A stretch of 64,000 nucleotides of DNA from Nitrosopumilus sp. (lineage in GTDB: Archaea > Thermoproteota > Nitrososphaeria > Nitrososphaerales > Nitrosopumilaceae), in the NCBI GenBank assembly GCA_965218695.1, contig OZ244651.1, positions 1,408,001-1,472,000 of the forward strand. The letters run 5' to 3'. The first letter of the stretch is position 1. The number at the start of each line of letters is the position of its first letter. Shown one piece after another: positions 19,248-29,435 of the stretch. The notes beneath the pieces were generated by a model. The model was not told where the DNA came from, searched no databases, and saw only the letters and a program-made list of their open reading frames with translations. The translations under genes were made by a program, and so were the position numbers.

Positions 19248-20460
19248 GGGTGTGTCCTAGTAATAAAAAATGCCATCCCATGTACCAGAATGCCAAAGAC
19301 ATGATTGGTGCCAGAACCCGTCGACGCCAACAGTGCCGCACCATCGATCCTCCACAACCCATAAAATCCCCCAAATCCAAGACACTGTGCGGAGGCTCCG
19401 CTAGGAGGCGCGTGTCAAGACGCGCCGGTTACGCTGCAAGTGTCGCGATTTGATCCTGTGTGAGCCTGCCGTCTTTTGCCTGCAATCTGGCCACGAGCTC
19501 GATGTTGTAGCACATGACACGGATCGCAGTCTCCCTTGTCCGGTTCTCGTGTTTTCGGCACCTGGTGCTGTCCCCGTACATCTTCTTGAGGGCGGCAAAG
19601 ACTGCCTCGATGATGCTGCGCTGGTGGTATTCCGAGTCAAACCTGTCCCGTTCATCCATGTACAGGCTTACCATCTCGCGCCACGACTGGCTTCCCCTGG
19701 CGTTGCGTATGGTGTTGGATTTTGGCTTGATGCGGGGCACCATTCCCATCGCAGATATCATGTTGCACATTAGCCTTGCCAGGTATGCAGAATCCAGGCA
19801 AAAGTCGCCGGTGCCCCGGCCTAACCTGCCGAGCATCGCGTACAGCCCGTTTATGTCTGCCACTGCGCTGTCAGTCACCATGCAGTCGATTATCACCCTG
19901 GTGCGGATATCCACGATTGCGTGCAGTTTGACCCATCCCTTTCTGGTACGAAAACTGTCGGTCCTGACGTCAAACCACCTGACAAACCGCAGGTACGAGT
20001 ATCCGGTACCGTCTGCTGCCAGGGAGCCTGCCTCCACCTCCCTGATGGCAATCCGGTGTGCCTCTGCCAGGTACCATTCCGGGATCAGGCCGTAGGCGCG
20101 TGCTATCGTGCTCTTGGAGGGAATTTTCTCTAGGCCCATCTTGGCTGCCATGGCGCTATTGTTTCGGAGGATGCCGACCATCTTACGGTAGGTCGTGCGC
20201 TGTGCCTCAAGCATGATGCAGACAGCTGCCATGGCGCCAGGCGGGTATGCCGTCATGCCGCCCAGGCCGGGCCTGACGGCGTACGGATCCCCAAGATTCT
20301 TGATTATTCCCAGCACGGTATTCAGCATGAGGCCCGACAGGTACTGCTGAACCAAATCGTACTGTCGTTGGTCGCGTTTCTTTGTAGTCATTAGGCGATG
20401 CCGTGATCCGCCGATCCATATCTTTTGTCATCCGGGGGTATATGCCTCTAGGACACACCC
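19248..20460 (-). mobile_element. IS5-like insertion sequence type A, copy 1 (1213 bp)
   Basis: 13-bp TIR GGGTGTGTCCTAG; 9-bp TSD GTTATCGGT. Confidence 0.95.
19429..20391 (-). CDS. IS5-like DDE transposase
   Basis: AADGTGY, WVKLHAIVD, LDSAY, YHQRSIIEAVF; protein identical to copies at 26033 and 53242. Confidence 0.92.
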   Translation of the reverse strand: MTTKKRDQRQYDLVQQYLSGLMLNTVLGIIKNLGDPYAVRPGLGGMTAYPPGAMAAVCIMLEAQRTTYRKMVGILRNNSAMAAKMGLEKIPSKSTIARAYGLIPEWYLAEAHRIAIREVEAGSLAADGTGYSYLRFVRWFDVRTDSFRTRKGWVKLHAIVDIRTRVIIDCMVTDSAVADINGLYAMLGRLGRGTGDFCLDSAYLARLMCNMISAMGMVPRIKPKSNTIRNARGSQSWREMVSLYMDERDRFDSEYHQRSIIEAVFAALKKMYGDSTRCRKHENRTRETAIRVMCYNIELVARLQAKDGRLTQDQIATLAA

Positions 20461-20545
20461 GTTATCGGTTGTGTGTTGCATAATTACGCCTACTTCATTA
20501 GAAAATATGCGTAATCCAGAATTTTTTCAAACTCCGCGTTGACAT

Positions 20546-21898
20546 GTTAGCCCTGCTGTCAAAAATTTATGATCCATCCAATTAAAACCAAAATATGCCG
20601 GTTCATACTGTTGTCGAATCAGAAAACAAGCGACCTGCAAAAAGAGAATAAGGCTCTCAGAGACATAATCAAGCGCCAGGACGCAGCTGCCAGGCACGAG
20701 CAAAGCCTGTGGCGCACACGGGACGGTTCCGAATCCGGAGCCGCAGGAGAGCCCGCCCTGTTGCACCGCGTGGAGGTGCTTGACGACATCATCAGAGTCG
20801 GGAAAAATCTTCATGACGCGACGCTGAAGTGCAGGGAACAGTTCCAATACATACTTGACAGGGCCGAGGCGTGGATAAGGCAAAGCGGCAAATCCCCACT
20901 CTTCAGGAATGACGAGACGAGGGCATCGGATCCCGGGAACCGCTGCAAGCTGTACCCAAGGCACGCGCTGCTCATGTCACTGATGTACAAAAAGGGCAAC
21001 CCCACGCAGGGCGTGCTTGCGGCATTCTTTGGAATAGACCAGGCAACCGTGTCCCGGTATATCGATGTACTAGACGAGGTGCTTGACGTGGCGCTGCCCA
21101 CTGCTGCCAACATCTCAAAGGAGATGGCAGACACGGAGACAAAAGAGGATCTCAAAAAAATAATTTCCGGACCTGACGGGGGCATCATGATGATCGACGG
21201 CACGCACTGCCCCATACAGAGGCCGGACGAAAAACAGATGAGAAGCATGATGTATTCTGGCAAGAAGAAAAAGTTCACCCTCAATACCACCGTGTGCATA
21301 AACGAAAACGGGGTGATAGTCGCCATATCCGACAGCACCGTGGGATCCGTCCACGACATCACGCTTCTCAGGGAGAGCCCGCTGCCATTTGGAAAGTGGT
21401 GGGACCGCATGTGCGACGAGAACACCCCCGAAGAGGACAGGGTCCACACCCTTACTGACCGCGGTTACAAGGGAATCGCAAAGGATATGCCCGGTACAAA
21501 CACCCTGCAGCCGCACAAGAAGACCAAGAACCACAAGCGCTTTACAAAGGAGGAAAAAGAACACAACCACAAAATCAATTCCGCCCGGGTAAAGGTAGAG
21601 CACTCCATTGGCAGGCTGAAGCGGTACGGCCGGCTTACCGCGCCATACAAGGGAAAGATTGGCGACTTTAACAGGGAATTTAACATAATAACCGGGCTTG
21701 TAAACCTGGACCTCGTGTGGAACTACCTGGAGAAGGGACCCCCTTCAGGCGGCAATCTGGGGCCGGTAATAAACTGGGAACAGGCAAACGTCCCCGGCAG
21801 CGCCGTTTCAAACAATTAATTCCGTGCACATCGCGGTGCTGCAAGGCTGCGCACGTTATTTCGCATTTCGGGCAGGACAGGATCCCCACATGGCTAAC
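20546..21898 (+). mobile_element. IS5-family ISL2-group-like element
   Basis: Ends GTTAGCCCTG / CATGGCTAAC flanked by AT. Confidence 0.7.
20569..21819 (+). CDS. transposase (HTH plus DDE_Tnp_4-like)
   Basis: LAAFFGIDQATVSR, IDGTHCPIQRP, YSGKKK, GSVHD, DRGY, RVKVEHSIGRLK. Confidence 0.9.
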   Translation: MIHPIKTKICRFILLSNQKTSDLQKENKALRDIIKRQDAAARHEQSLWRTRDGSESGAAGEPALLHRVEVLDDIIRVGKNLHDATLKCREQFQYILDRAEAWIRQSGKSPLFRNDETRASDPGNRCKLYPRHALLMSLMYKKGNPTQGVLAAFFGIDQATVSRYIDVLDEVLDVALPTAANISKEMADTETKEDLKKIISGPDGGIMMIDGTHCPIQRPDEKQMRSMMYSGKKKKFTLNTTVCINENGVIVAISDSTVGSVHDITLLRESPLPFGKWWDRMCDENTPEEDRVHTLTDRGYKGIAKDMPGTNTLQPHKKTKNHKRFTKEEKEHNHKINSARVKVEHSIGRLKRYGRLTAPYKGKIGDFNREFNIITGLVNLDLVWNYLEKGPPSGGNLGPVINWEQANVPGSAVSNN

Positions 21899-22047
21899 AT
21901 GGCGATAATTAAATTAGAATTTTTAATATTTTCTGGTTTTTCTGGTTTAACCCAACGAAATGGAGGGATTACGCATGGCTTCTATAGTACAATTCAGTTT
22001 CTCTGTCTTGATATGCCGGCGTTGGGAGTTCAATTATTGAAAATCTG

Positions 22048-23791
22048 GTAAGTGATTCGCTTTTTGAAGTGCCCTGATTCCCCTGCCGGTAGTCACCGTG
22101 CCGGGACGGAACCCAAGGATTTTTTCACGCTTTGTCAAAATTAATTGTCTGTAGAGATCCAAGTACTAGCGGGTGCCAGTCCCTTCAGCTAACCACAAAT
22201 GAAGGAACCGACACGCCAAACATGCTTGGAAGAGGAGGGATTTAAGGCAATCCTTGAACGTTCCGCGCAGGACTGCGGTGCCTGCATGAAATCCGAATGT
22301 AGATGCTGCCAGTACTGGTCAGGCGTGGTGCGTGATGCCGTGGATGCTGCCGTCAAGACCCTGAAAATGGCGCGCGAGGTTGCAGGTGCGTCAGACGGCA
22401 ATGAGGCGGAGAGTCTTCAGGCCCAGGTAAAGTCCCTGAAAGAAGACAACAAGAAGCACGCCGAGGCAAACCGCAAACTCAGCGCCCGGGCAAACGGGAT
22501 AAGCATGCCTTCCTCCAAAAAGAAGACCAATCCCGGTAAGGCAGGCAGGCCCAAGGGGCAAAAGGCCACGATCAACAAGAGGCCCGATAAGGTAGACTGC
22601 ACGGAGATCGTAGACTTTGACAGGTGCCCCGGGTGCGGCGGGAAGAACGTCTCGGAGAACCCCACGGGCGAATACGACCGGATCGTCAAGACGCTGACCC
22701 TGCTTGTAAAGACCATAAAGTACGTGACAGTCAGGCGCTGGTGCAGGGACTGCAAGAAACAGGTCTCTGCCAAGCCTCCCGGAACCGCGCCGCACGCGCG
22801 CTACGGGGCCAACGTCGGCGCCGTGCTCAACTTTTTGAATATGTCGGGTCTGTCCCACGCAAGATCCGCCGAATTCGCAGGCGACGCGCTTGGCACGCCC
22901 GTGTCCTGCTCGTCTGCATACAGGAACAAGATAAGCAGGGCCCTGCAGATGGCCCCGGAACGCGACGCCGTGAGGAAAAAGATCCTCAAAGAGCCGCACC
23001 TGGGGGCCGACGAGTTCCACTGGCCACTCAAGGGCAGGCGCGGCTACGGCGTGGTCGCACTCGGCAAGGAGTCGTGCCTGGTGGAAATAGTAGACTCCCG
23101 CAAGACAAAGACCATCAAGGGAGTACTGCCAGGCTACGAGGGGATCATCACGCAGGACTCGTACCCGGCGTGGCTCCATGTCGGGTCGGCCCGCCAGATG
23201 TGCGTGGTCCACCAGGAGCGCCTGGTGCAGAAGGATCTGGAGTGGAATCCAGGCGGGGACGTGACCGAATTCCTGGCCGGGCTGTCTGCCGTGCACAAAA
23301 AGATCTACCGCGCCTGGCGCGTCAAGGACCCGTATTCCAGGGCCGTGGCGGCTGACTGCATAGACTCGGAACCGGCGGGGCTGTTTGCCGCCCCGTACCA
23401 AGACGACAAGCACGGCACCATCGCCAAATACCGCAAGCGGCGCTACCGCGAGGGGTACTACATGACAACATGCCTGCGGACCCCGGGCATCAGTCCGGAC
23501 AACAACGCGGTGGAGAGAGCCAACCGAAGGTTCGTCTCAGTGAGGAACGACGGCGGGGGCAACCGGTCCCGGAAGGGCATGGACGCAAATTCCGTGCTGT
23601 TTACCATGCTGGCCACTGACCGCGTCCGTAGAGAAAGCTTCTTCGACCACTTGGTGCGTTCTGCGTCCGGCGACGGCTGACAACGGAGCCTGCGTCACCA
23701 TTTATTCGGCACGATCCGCGCTCTCGGATGGGGAGGCTGCGCGAGTATAGGCGCGCAAAGCCAGCGGAACTTCAAAAAGCGAATCACTTAC
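22048..23791 (+). mobile_element. IS66-family single-ORF element
   Basis: Perfect 23-bp TIR GTAAGTGATTCGCTTTTTGAAGT; 8-bp TSD AAAATCTG. Confidence 0.95.
22199..23680 (+). CDS. IS66 transposase
   Basis: Coiled coil, GRPKG, CPGC/CRDC zinc finger, ADE, QDSY, PDNNAVERANR. Confidence 0.92.
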   Translation: MKEPTRQTCLEEEGFKAILERSAQDCGACMKSECRCCQYWSGVVRDAVDAAVKTLKMAREVAGASDGNEAESLQAQVKSLKEDNKKHAEANRKLSARANGISMPSSKKKTNPGKAGRPKGQKATINKRPDKVDCTEIVDFDRCPGCGGKNVSENPTGEYDRIVKTLTLLVKTIKYVTVRRWCRDCKKQVSAKPPGTAPHARYGANVGAVLNFLNMSGLSHARSAEFAGDALGTPVSCSSAYRNKISRALQMAPERDAVRKKILKEPHLGADEFHWPLKGRRGYGVVALGKESCLVEIVDSRKTKTIKGVLPGYEGIITQDSYPAWLHVGSARQMCVVHQERLVQKDLEWNPGGDVTEFLAGLSAVHKKIYRAWRVKDPYSRAVAADCIDSEPAGLFAAPYQDDKHGTIAKYRKRRYREGYYMTTCLRTPGISPDNNAVERANRRFVSVRNDGGGNRSRKGMDANSVLFTMLATDRVRRESFFDHLVRSASGDG

Positions 23792-24478
23792 AAAATCTGC
23801 GTTTTAGTGCGTCTGATAGTGTATGTAAAAAATGCTTGTCTGCAGTGTTTTGGGTACCAATGATCCGGTAATCACGTGGAATCAACAAGTCCTCAAATGG
23901 TTTTTCAGGATCTGTAGTTGGGATTTGCAAATTGTTGTATTCCAAGGCGGTAAATAACTGGCCAAAGGCCCTGTCAATATTTGCACGGTTAAATTCATCA
24001 ATTACAAGCCAGATTCCCCTATATTTTGAATTTTTTCCATTAATTTTTTTTCCAGCAAAAATTCTTTTCTTGGAATTGCTAGTTCCATCGACCCAATTTT
24101 GTGCCACGGTGTCAGTCACACACCCTTTCTGAATTGAATATATTATTTGGCCATCTTGATCAAGTTTTGGGTAGATTCCCCCAATCACATCTTGAGTTGT
24201 CCAGTCAGCAGTTGCAGTATGAACTTGAGCAAAATATCCTTTAAATTCCCTCCAGCCTAGGCGGGGCAAGATGGTAGCAAGATGAGTTTTTCCAGAACCT
24301 ACTGGCCCAACAAGAAGAATATTTTTTCCAGCAATCAAGGTACTAAAAATTTGATTTAGGGTATCATCATCTATCAAAATTTCTTCCTTGATAGATTTTC
24401 TTGCTTCTTCAAGAGATTTAGTGGATGGGAAGGGCAGTGCCACATCTTCAAAAACATCATTGGGTTTTTCCATTTCTA

Positions 24479-25573
24479 TAGTGGCGATCAAAAGTTCCTG
24501 CAAAATAATTCGGCTTTTCTGTTAAGGAATTTGAACAAATCCAGATTGAATCTTGCAGTTCGATAATACTGGGAGACGGCACTGTGCATGTCCAAGAAGG
24601 TTTTGTAGTATTCTGAGACAAGCAGGTTCCGTTTTCCTTGGTGCCAGCATTCTTCCACGGCGTTGAGATACGGCGAGCCTTTTGGCAGGTATATGATCTT
24701 GATGTTCTTGTTCTCGCGCAGCAGCGTCCGGACGGCTTTTGCGCGGTGCGGGGACGCCCTGTCCACCATGACGGCCACCTTCCCAAAATGCCTCTGCAGG
24801 GCCTTGAGGTACGCAACAAATGTGGGCGCGTTAAACCCGCTGGCAGTCCTGAAGAACTGCCTGCCATCGGTCGTGACTGAACCGTACACGGCGATTCTTT
24901 TGTGGCTTCCCGTATATGGCACGGTTATTGGCACCCCCACAGGCGACCAATACTTGCGACCCGATTTTACGTCGTGTATGAAGAACGCCTCGTCTTCCAC
25001 GACTGGGACAAAATCGTCCTTTTCTAGGCGTGAAATTCTCTTTTTGAGGCGATATTGCCAGCTTTTTACGGCCGTTTTGGTGGCCCTGTTGATGTGGATC
25101 CTTTGCGACCCCTTGGGAGACAGGCCGTATTTTTGCATGATTTTCCTGATATTCGTTCTGTGCATCTTTGTTCCCGTTTCCCTGTGTATGACCTGCTGCA
25201 GTTCGGCAGGAGTGGTCTTGAACCGGTCCACTACCTTGTCCAGTATGCCGTCCATCGCTTCCGGCGAAATCTTGGGCGGCCTGCCGGATCTGGGAAGATC
25301 CCGGAGGCCTTCGAGGCCTCCTTCCTCGTATCTGCGCATCCAGCGGTATACCCACCGGTCAGCCTGCAAGAGAATGTCTGCGGCATCGCTTATGCTCATC
25401 TTGCGCACGTGTACCATGTGCACTGCAAGCATTCTGACACGCACCCTGCCGTCTTTTTCCTTTTTGTACGCCTTTTCGAGTTCTTCCTGTTTTGTTTCGT
25501 CCATGCTGCGTTCAAGGACCACGGATCTACATAGTTTTCGGGCAGAATTTGTCAAAACTTTTGCGCGTCACTA
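24479..25573 (-). mobile_element. IS630-family element
   Basis: TAGTG...CACTA ends, TA duplication at a CTAG target. Confidence 0.92.
24488..25504 (-). CDS. IS630 transposase
   Basis: PRSGRPPK, EDEAFF, DRASPH, LPKGSPYLNAVE. Confidence 0.92.
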   Translation of the reverse strand: MDETKQEELEKAYKKEKDGRVRVRMLAVHMVHVRKMSISDAADILLQADRWVYRWMRRYEEGGLEGLRDLPRSGRPPKISPEAMDGILDKVVDRFKTTPAELQQVIHRETGTKMHRTNIRKIMQKYGLSPKGSQRIHINRATKTAVKSWQYRLKKRISRLEKDDFVPVVEDEAFFIHDVKSGRKYWSPVGVPITVPYTGSHKRIAVYGSVTTDGRQFFRTASGFNAPTFVAYLKALQRHFGKVAVMVDRASPHRAKAVRTLLRENKNIKIIYLPKGSPYLNAVEECWHQGKRNLLVSEYYKTFLDMHSAVSQYYRTARFNLDLFKFLNRKAELFCRNF

Positions 25574-26032
25574 TAGAATTTGATTATAGACACTTTCATT
25601 GATTTTAATGATAGAATTATACGGATTCCATTCTGGCAGTTTCTTGATTTTTTGCTGTAGCATAGGAGAGGCCTTGATTGCATTAGGTACTTGGTCAGAC
25701 GATGGTTCATGCTGTTCATCAAAATAATGAAAATCTTTCATCTTTGCCACATGTTTGTTATCTTCGGTCGTTGTAATATTTTCTACAGTCCCAAATCCCC
25801 AAAAATGCAAGTCTTCGTTATCTGTATAAAACCAGACTGTTGTGGTGTTTTGATTTATTGTAGCATAATTTGACACGTTTGGGCCATATTGGTATTTCTT
25901 ACCTAACATGTCATTCCAATACATTCTGTCTTTTTTCTTTCTTTTAAAGCTTGGAGTGTGACGGGGTGTGTCCTAGAGGCATATACCCCCGGATGACAAA
26001 AGATATGGATCGGCGGATCACGGCATCGCCTA

Positions 26033-26995
26033 ATGACTACAAAGAAACGCGACCAACGACAGTACGATTTGGTTCAGCAGTACCTGTCGGGCCTCATGCT
26101 GAATACCGTGCTGGGAATAATCAAGAATCTTGGGGATCCGTACGCCGTCAGGCCCGGCCTGGGCGGCATGACGGCATACCCGCCTGGCGCCATGGCAGCT
26201 GTCTGCATCATGCTTGAGGCACAGCGCACGACCTACCGTAAGATGGTCGGCATCCTCCGAAACAATAGCGCCATGGCAGCCAAGATGGGCCTAGAGAAAA
26301 TTCCCTCCAAGAGCACGATAGCACGCGCCTACGGCCTGATCCCGGAATGGTACCTGGCAGAGGCACACCGGATTGCCATCAGGGAGGTGGAGGCAGGCTC
26401 CCTGGCAGCAGACGGTACCGGATACTCGTACCTGCGGTTTGTCAGGTGGTTTGACGTCAGGACCGACAGTTTTCGTACCAGAAAGGGATGGGTCAAACTG
26501 CACGCAATCGTGGATATCCGCACCAGGGTGATAATCGACTGCATGGTGACTGACAGCGCAGTGGCAGACATAAACGGGCTGTACGCGATGCTCGGCAGGT
26601 TAGGCCGGGGCACCGGCGACTTTTGCCTGGATTCTGCATACCTGGCAAGGCTCATGTGCAACATGATATCTGCGATGGGAATGGTGCCCCGCATCAAGCC
26701 AAAATCTAACACCATACGCAACGCCAGGGGAAGCCAGTCGTGGCGCGAGATGGTAAGCCTGTACATGGATGAACGGGACAGGTTTGACTCGGAATACCAC
26801 CAGCGCAGCATCATCGAGGCAGTCTTTGCCGCCCTCAAGAAGATGTACGGGGACAGCACCAGGTGCCGAAAACACGAGAACCGGACAAGGGAGACTGCGA
26901 TCCGTGTCATGTGCTACAACATCGAGCTCGTGGCCAGATTGCAGGCAAAAGACGGCAGGCTCACACAGGATCAAATCGCGACACTTGCAGCATAG
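26033..26995 (+). CDS. IS5-like DDE transposase
   Basis: Identical protein to 19429-20391. Confidence 0.92.
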   Translation: MTTKKRDQRQYDLVQQYLSGLMLNTVLGIIKNLGDPYAVRPGLGGMTAYPPGAMAAVCIMLEAQRTTYRKMVGILRNNSAMAAKMGLEKIPSKSTIARAYGLIPEWYLAEAHRIAIREVEAGSLAADGTGYSYLRFVRWFDVRTDSFRTRKGWVKLHAIVDIRTRVIIDCMVTDSAVADINGLYAMLGRLGRGTGDFCLDSAYLARLMCNMISAMGMVPRIKPKSNTIRNARGSQSWREMVSLYMDERDRFDSEYHQRSIIEAVFAALKKMYGDSTRCRKHENRTRETAIRVMCYNIELVARLQAKDGRLTQDQIATLAA

Positions 26996-27166
26996 CTGGC
27001 GCGTTTCACCACGCGCCTCCTAGCGGAGCCTCCGCACCGTGTCTTGGATTTGGGGGATTTTATGGGTTGTGGAGGATCGATGGTGCGGCACTGTTGGCGT
27101 CGACGGGTTCTGGCACCAATCGTGTCTTTGGCATCTTGGCACATGAAATGGCATTTTTTATTACTA

Positions 27167-28268
27167 TAGTGAAAAGCAAAAATTCGTTCCAAGTTCAGCA
27201 CCTCAGACCGAAAACTATGTAGATCATCTGGTCGCCTAACGCGGCATGAGCAAAGTAACACGGGAAGAACTCGAAGCAGCATACAAAAAAGAAAAAGACC
27301 TCAGGGTGGGAGTCAGAATGCTTGCAGTGCACATGGTATATTTTCGCAAAGTGAGCATAGAGGATGCAGCCGTCAATCTTTTGCGATGCCCTCGATGGGT
27401 GCGCAACTGGCTGGAACGCTTCGAGAAGGGAGGCCTTGAAGGCCTCCTGGATCTTCCCAGATCCGGCAGGCCGCCCAAGATTTCGCCGGAAACAATGGAC
27501 GGCATACTGGACAAGGTAGACAGGTTCAAGACCACTCCTGCCGAACTGCAACAGGTCATACACAAGGAAACGGGAACAAGGATGCACAGGACGAATGTCA
27601 GGAAAATCATGCAAAAATACGGCCTGTCTCCCAAGGGGTCGCAAAGGATCCACATTAACAGGGCCACCAAAACGGCCGTAAAAAGTTGGCAATATCGCCT
27701 CAAAAAGAGAATTTCACGCCTAGAAAAGGACGGTTTTGTCCTGGCCGTGCAAGACGAGGCGTTCTTCATACACGACGTAAAATCGGGTCGCAAGTATTGG
27801 TCGCCTGTGGGGGTGCCAATAACCGTACCATATACTGGAAGCCACAAAAGAATTGCCGTGTACGGTTCAATCACGACGGACGGCAGGCAGTTCTTCAGGA
27901 CTGCCAGCGGGTTTAATGCGCCCACATTTGTTGCCTATCTCAAGGCCATGCAGAGGCATTTTGGGAAGGTGGCCGTCATGGTGGACAGGGCGTCCCCGCA
28001 CCGCGCAAAAGCCGTCCGGACGCTGCTGCGCAAGAACAAGAACATCAGGATCATATACCTGCCAAAAGGCTCACCGCATCTCAACGCCGTGGAAGAATGC
28101 TGGCACCAGGGAAAACGGAACCTGCTTGTCTCAGAATACTACAAAACCTTCTTGGACATGCACAGGGCCATCTCCCAGTATTATCGAACTGCGAGATTCA
28201 ATCTGGATTTGATCAAATTCTTTAACAGAAAAGCCGAATTATTTTGCAAGAACTTTTGATCGCCACTA
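27167..28268 (+). mobile_element. IS630-family element (nested)
   Basis: TAGTG...CACTA ends, TA TSD within CTAG of the host TIR. Confidence 0.93.
27246..28259 (+). CDS. IS630 transposase
   Basis: QDEAFF, DRASPH, SPHLNAVE. Confidence 0.92.
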   Translation: MSKVTREELEAAYKKEKDLRVGVRMLAVHMVYFRKVSIEDAAVNLLRCPRWVRNWLERFEKGGLEGLLDLPRSGRPPKISPETMDGILDKVDRFKTTPAELQQVIHKETGTRMHRTNVRKIMQKYGLSPKGSQRIHINRATKTAVKSWQYRLKKRISRLEKDGFVLAVQDEAFFIHDVKSGRKYWSPVGVPITVPYTGSHKRIAVYGSITTDGRQFFRTASGFNAPTFVAYLKAMQRHFGKVAVMVDRASPHRAKAVRTLLRKNKNIRIIYLPKGSPHLNAVEECWHQGKRNLLVSEYYKTFLDMHRAISQYYRTARFNLDLIKFFNRKAELFCKNF

Positions 28269-28333
28269 TAGGACACACCCAGTGTGACGTAATAGTACAT
28301 AAGTTTGTTTTTTAGAACTTACTGGCGTACCTA

Positions 28334-29435
28334 TAGTGAAAAGTGAAAGTTCGTTCCAAGTTCAGCACCTCAGACCGAAAACTATGTAGATCAGCCGGTC
28401 GCCTAACGCGGCATGATCAAAGTAACACGGGAAGAACTCGAAGTAGCATACAAAAAAGAAAAGGACCTCAGGGTGGGAGCCAGAATGCTTGCAGTACACA
28501 TGGTACATTTTCGTAAAATGAGCATAGATGATGCGGCCGTCAATCTTCTGCGATGTCCCAGGTGGGTACGCAACTGGCTGGAACGCTTCGAGAATGGAGG
28601 TCTACAAGGCCTCCGGGATCTTCCCAGATCCGGCAGGCCGCCCAAGATTTCACCTGAAGCAATGGACGGCATACTGGACAAGGTAGACCGGTTCAAGACC
28701 ACTCCTGCCGAACTGCAACAGGTCATACACAGGGAGACGGGAACAAAGATGCACAGGACGAACATCAGGAAAATCATGCAAAAATACGGTCTGTCCCCCA
28801 AGGGGTCGCAAAGGATCCACATCAACAGGGCCACCAAGGCAGCCGTAAAAAGCTGGCAATATCGCCTCAAAAAGAGAATTTCACGCCTAGAAAAAGACGG
28901 TTTTGTCCTGGCCGTGCAAGACGAGGCGTTCTTCATACACGACGTAAAATCTGGCCGCAAGTATTGGTCCCCCGTGGGGGTGCCAATAACCGTGCCATAC
29001 ACTGGAAGCCACAAAAGAATTACCGCGTACGGTTCAATTACAATGGATGGCAGGCAGTTCTTCAGGACTGCCAGCGGGTTTAACGCGCCCACTTTTGTTG
29101 CTTATCTCAAGGCCATGCAGAGGCATTTTGGGAAGGTTGCCGTCCTGGTGGACAGGGCGTCCCCGCACCGCGCAAAAGCCGTCCGGACGCTGCTGCGCGA
29201 GAACAAGAACATCAGGATCATATACCTGCCAAAAGGCTCACCGTATCTCAACGCCGTGGAAGAATGCTGGCACCAGGGAAAACGGAACCTGCTTGTTTCA
29301 GAATACTACAAAACCTTCTTGGACATGCACAGTGCCGTCTCCCAGTACTATCGAACTGCGAGATTCAATCTGGATTTGATCAAATTCTTTAACAGAAAAG
29401 CCGAATTATTTTGCAAGAACTTTTGATCGCCACTA
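28334..29435 (+). mobile_element. IS630-family element
   Basis: TAGTG...CACTA ends, TA TSD in CCTAGG. Confidence 0.93.
28413..29426 (+). CDS. IS630 transposase
   Basis: Close paralogue of 27246-28259. Confidence 0.92.
   Translation: MIKVTREELEVAYKKEKDLRVGARMLAVHMVHFRKMSIDDAAVNLLRCPRWVRNWLERFENGGLQGLRDLPRSGRPPKISPEAMDGILDKVDRFKTTPAELQQVIHRETGTKMHRTNIRKIMQKYGLSPKGSQRIHINRATKAAVKSWQYRLKKRISRLEKDGFVLAVQDEAFFIHDVKSGRKYWSPVGVPITVPYTGSHKRITAYGSITMDGRQFFRTASGFNAPTFVAYLKAMQRHFGKVAVLVDRASPHRAKAVRTLLRENKNIRIIYLPKGSPYLNAVEECWHQGKRNLLVSEYYKTFLDMHSAVSQYYRTARFNLDLIKFFNRKAELFCKNF

Larger units (their letters stand above)
20501..21982. mobile_element. putative ~127-bp MITE split by an ISL2-type IS
   Basis: Imperfect TIR GAAAATATGCGTAATCC / GGATTACGCATGGCTTC with TA on both sides. 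Confidence 0.6.
25964..28280 (+). mobile_element. IS5-like type A, copy 2, with IS630 nested in its right TIR
   Basis: TSD AGTGTGACG; 1213 bp after removing the nested element and one TA. Confidence 0.94.
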
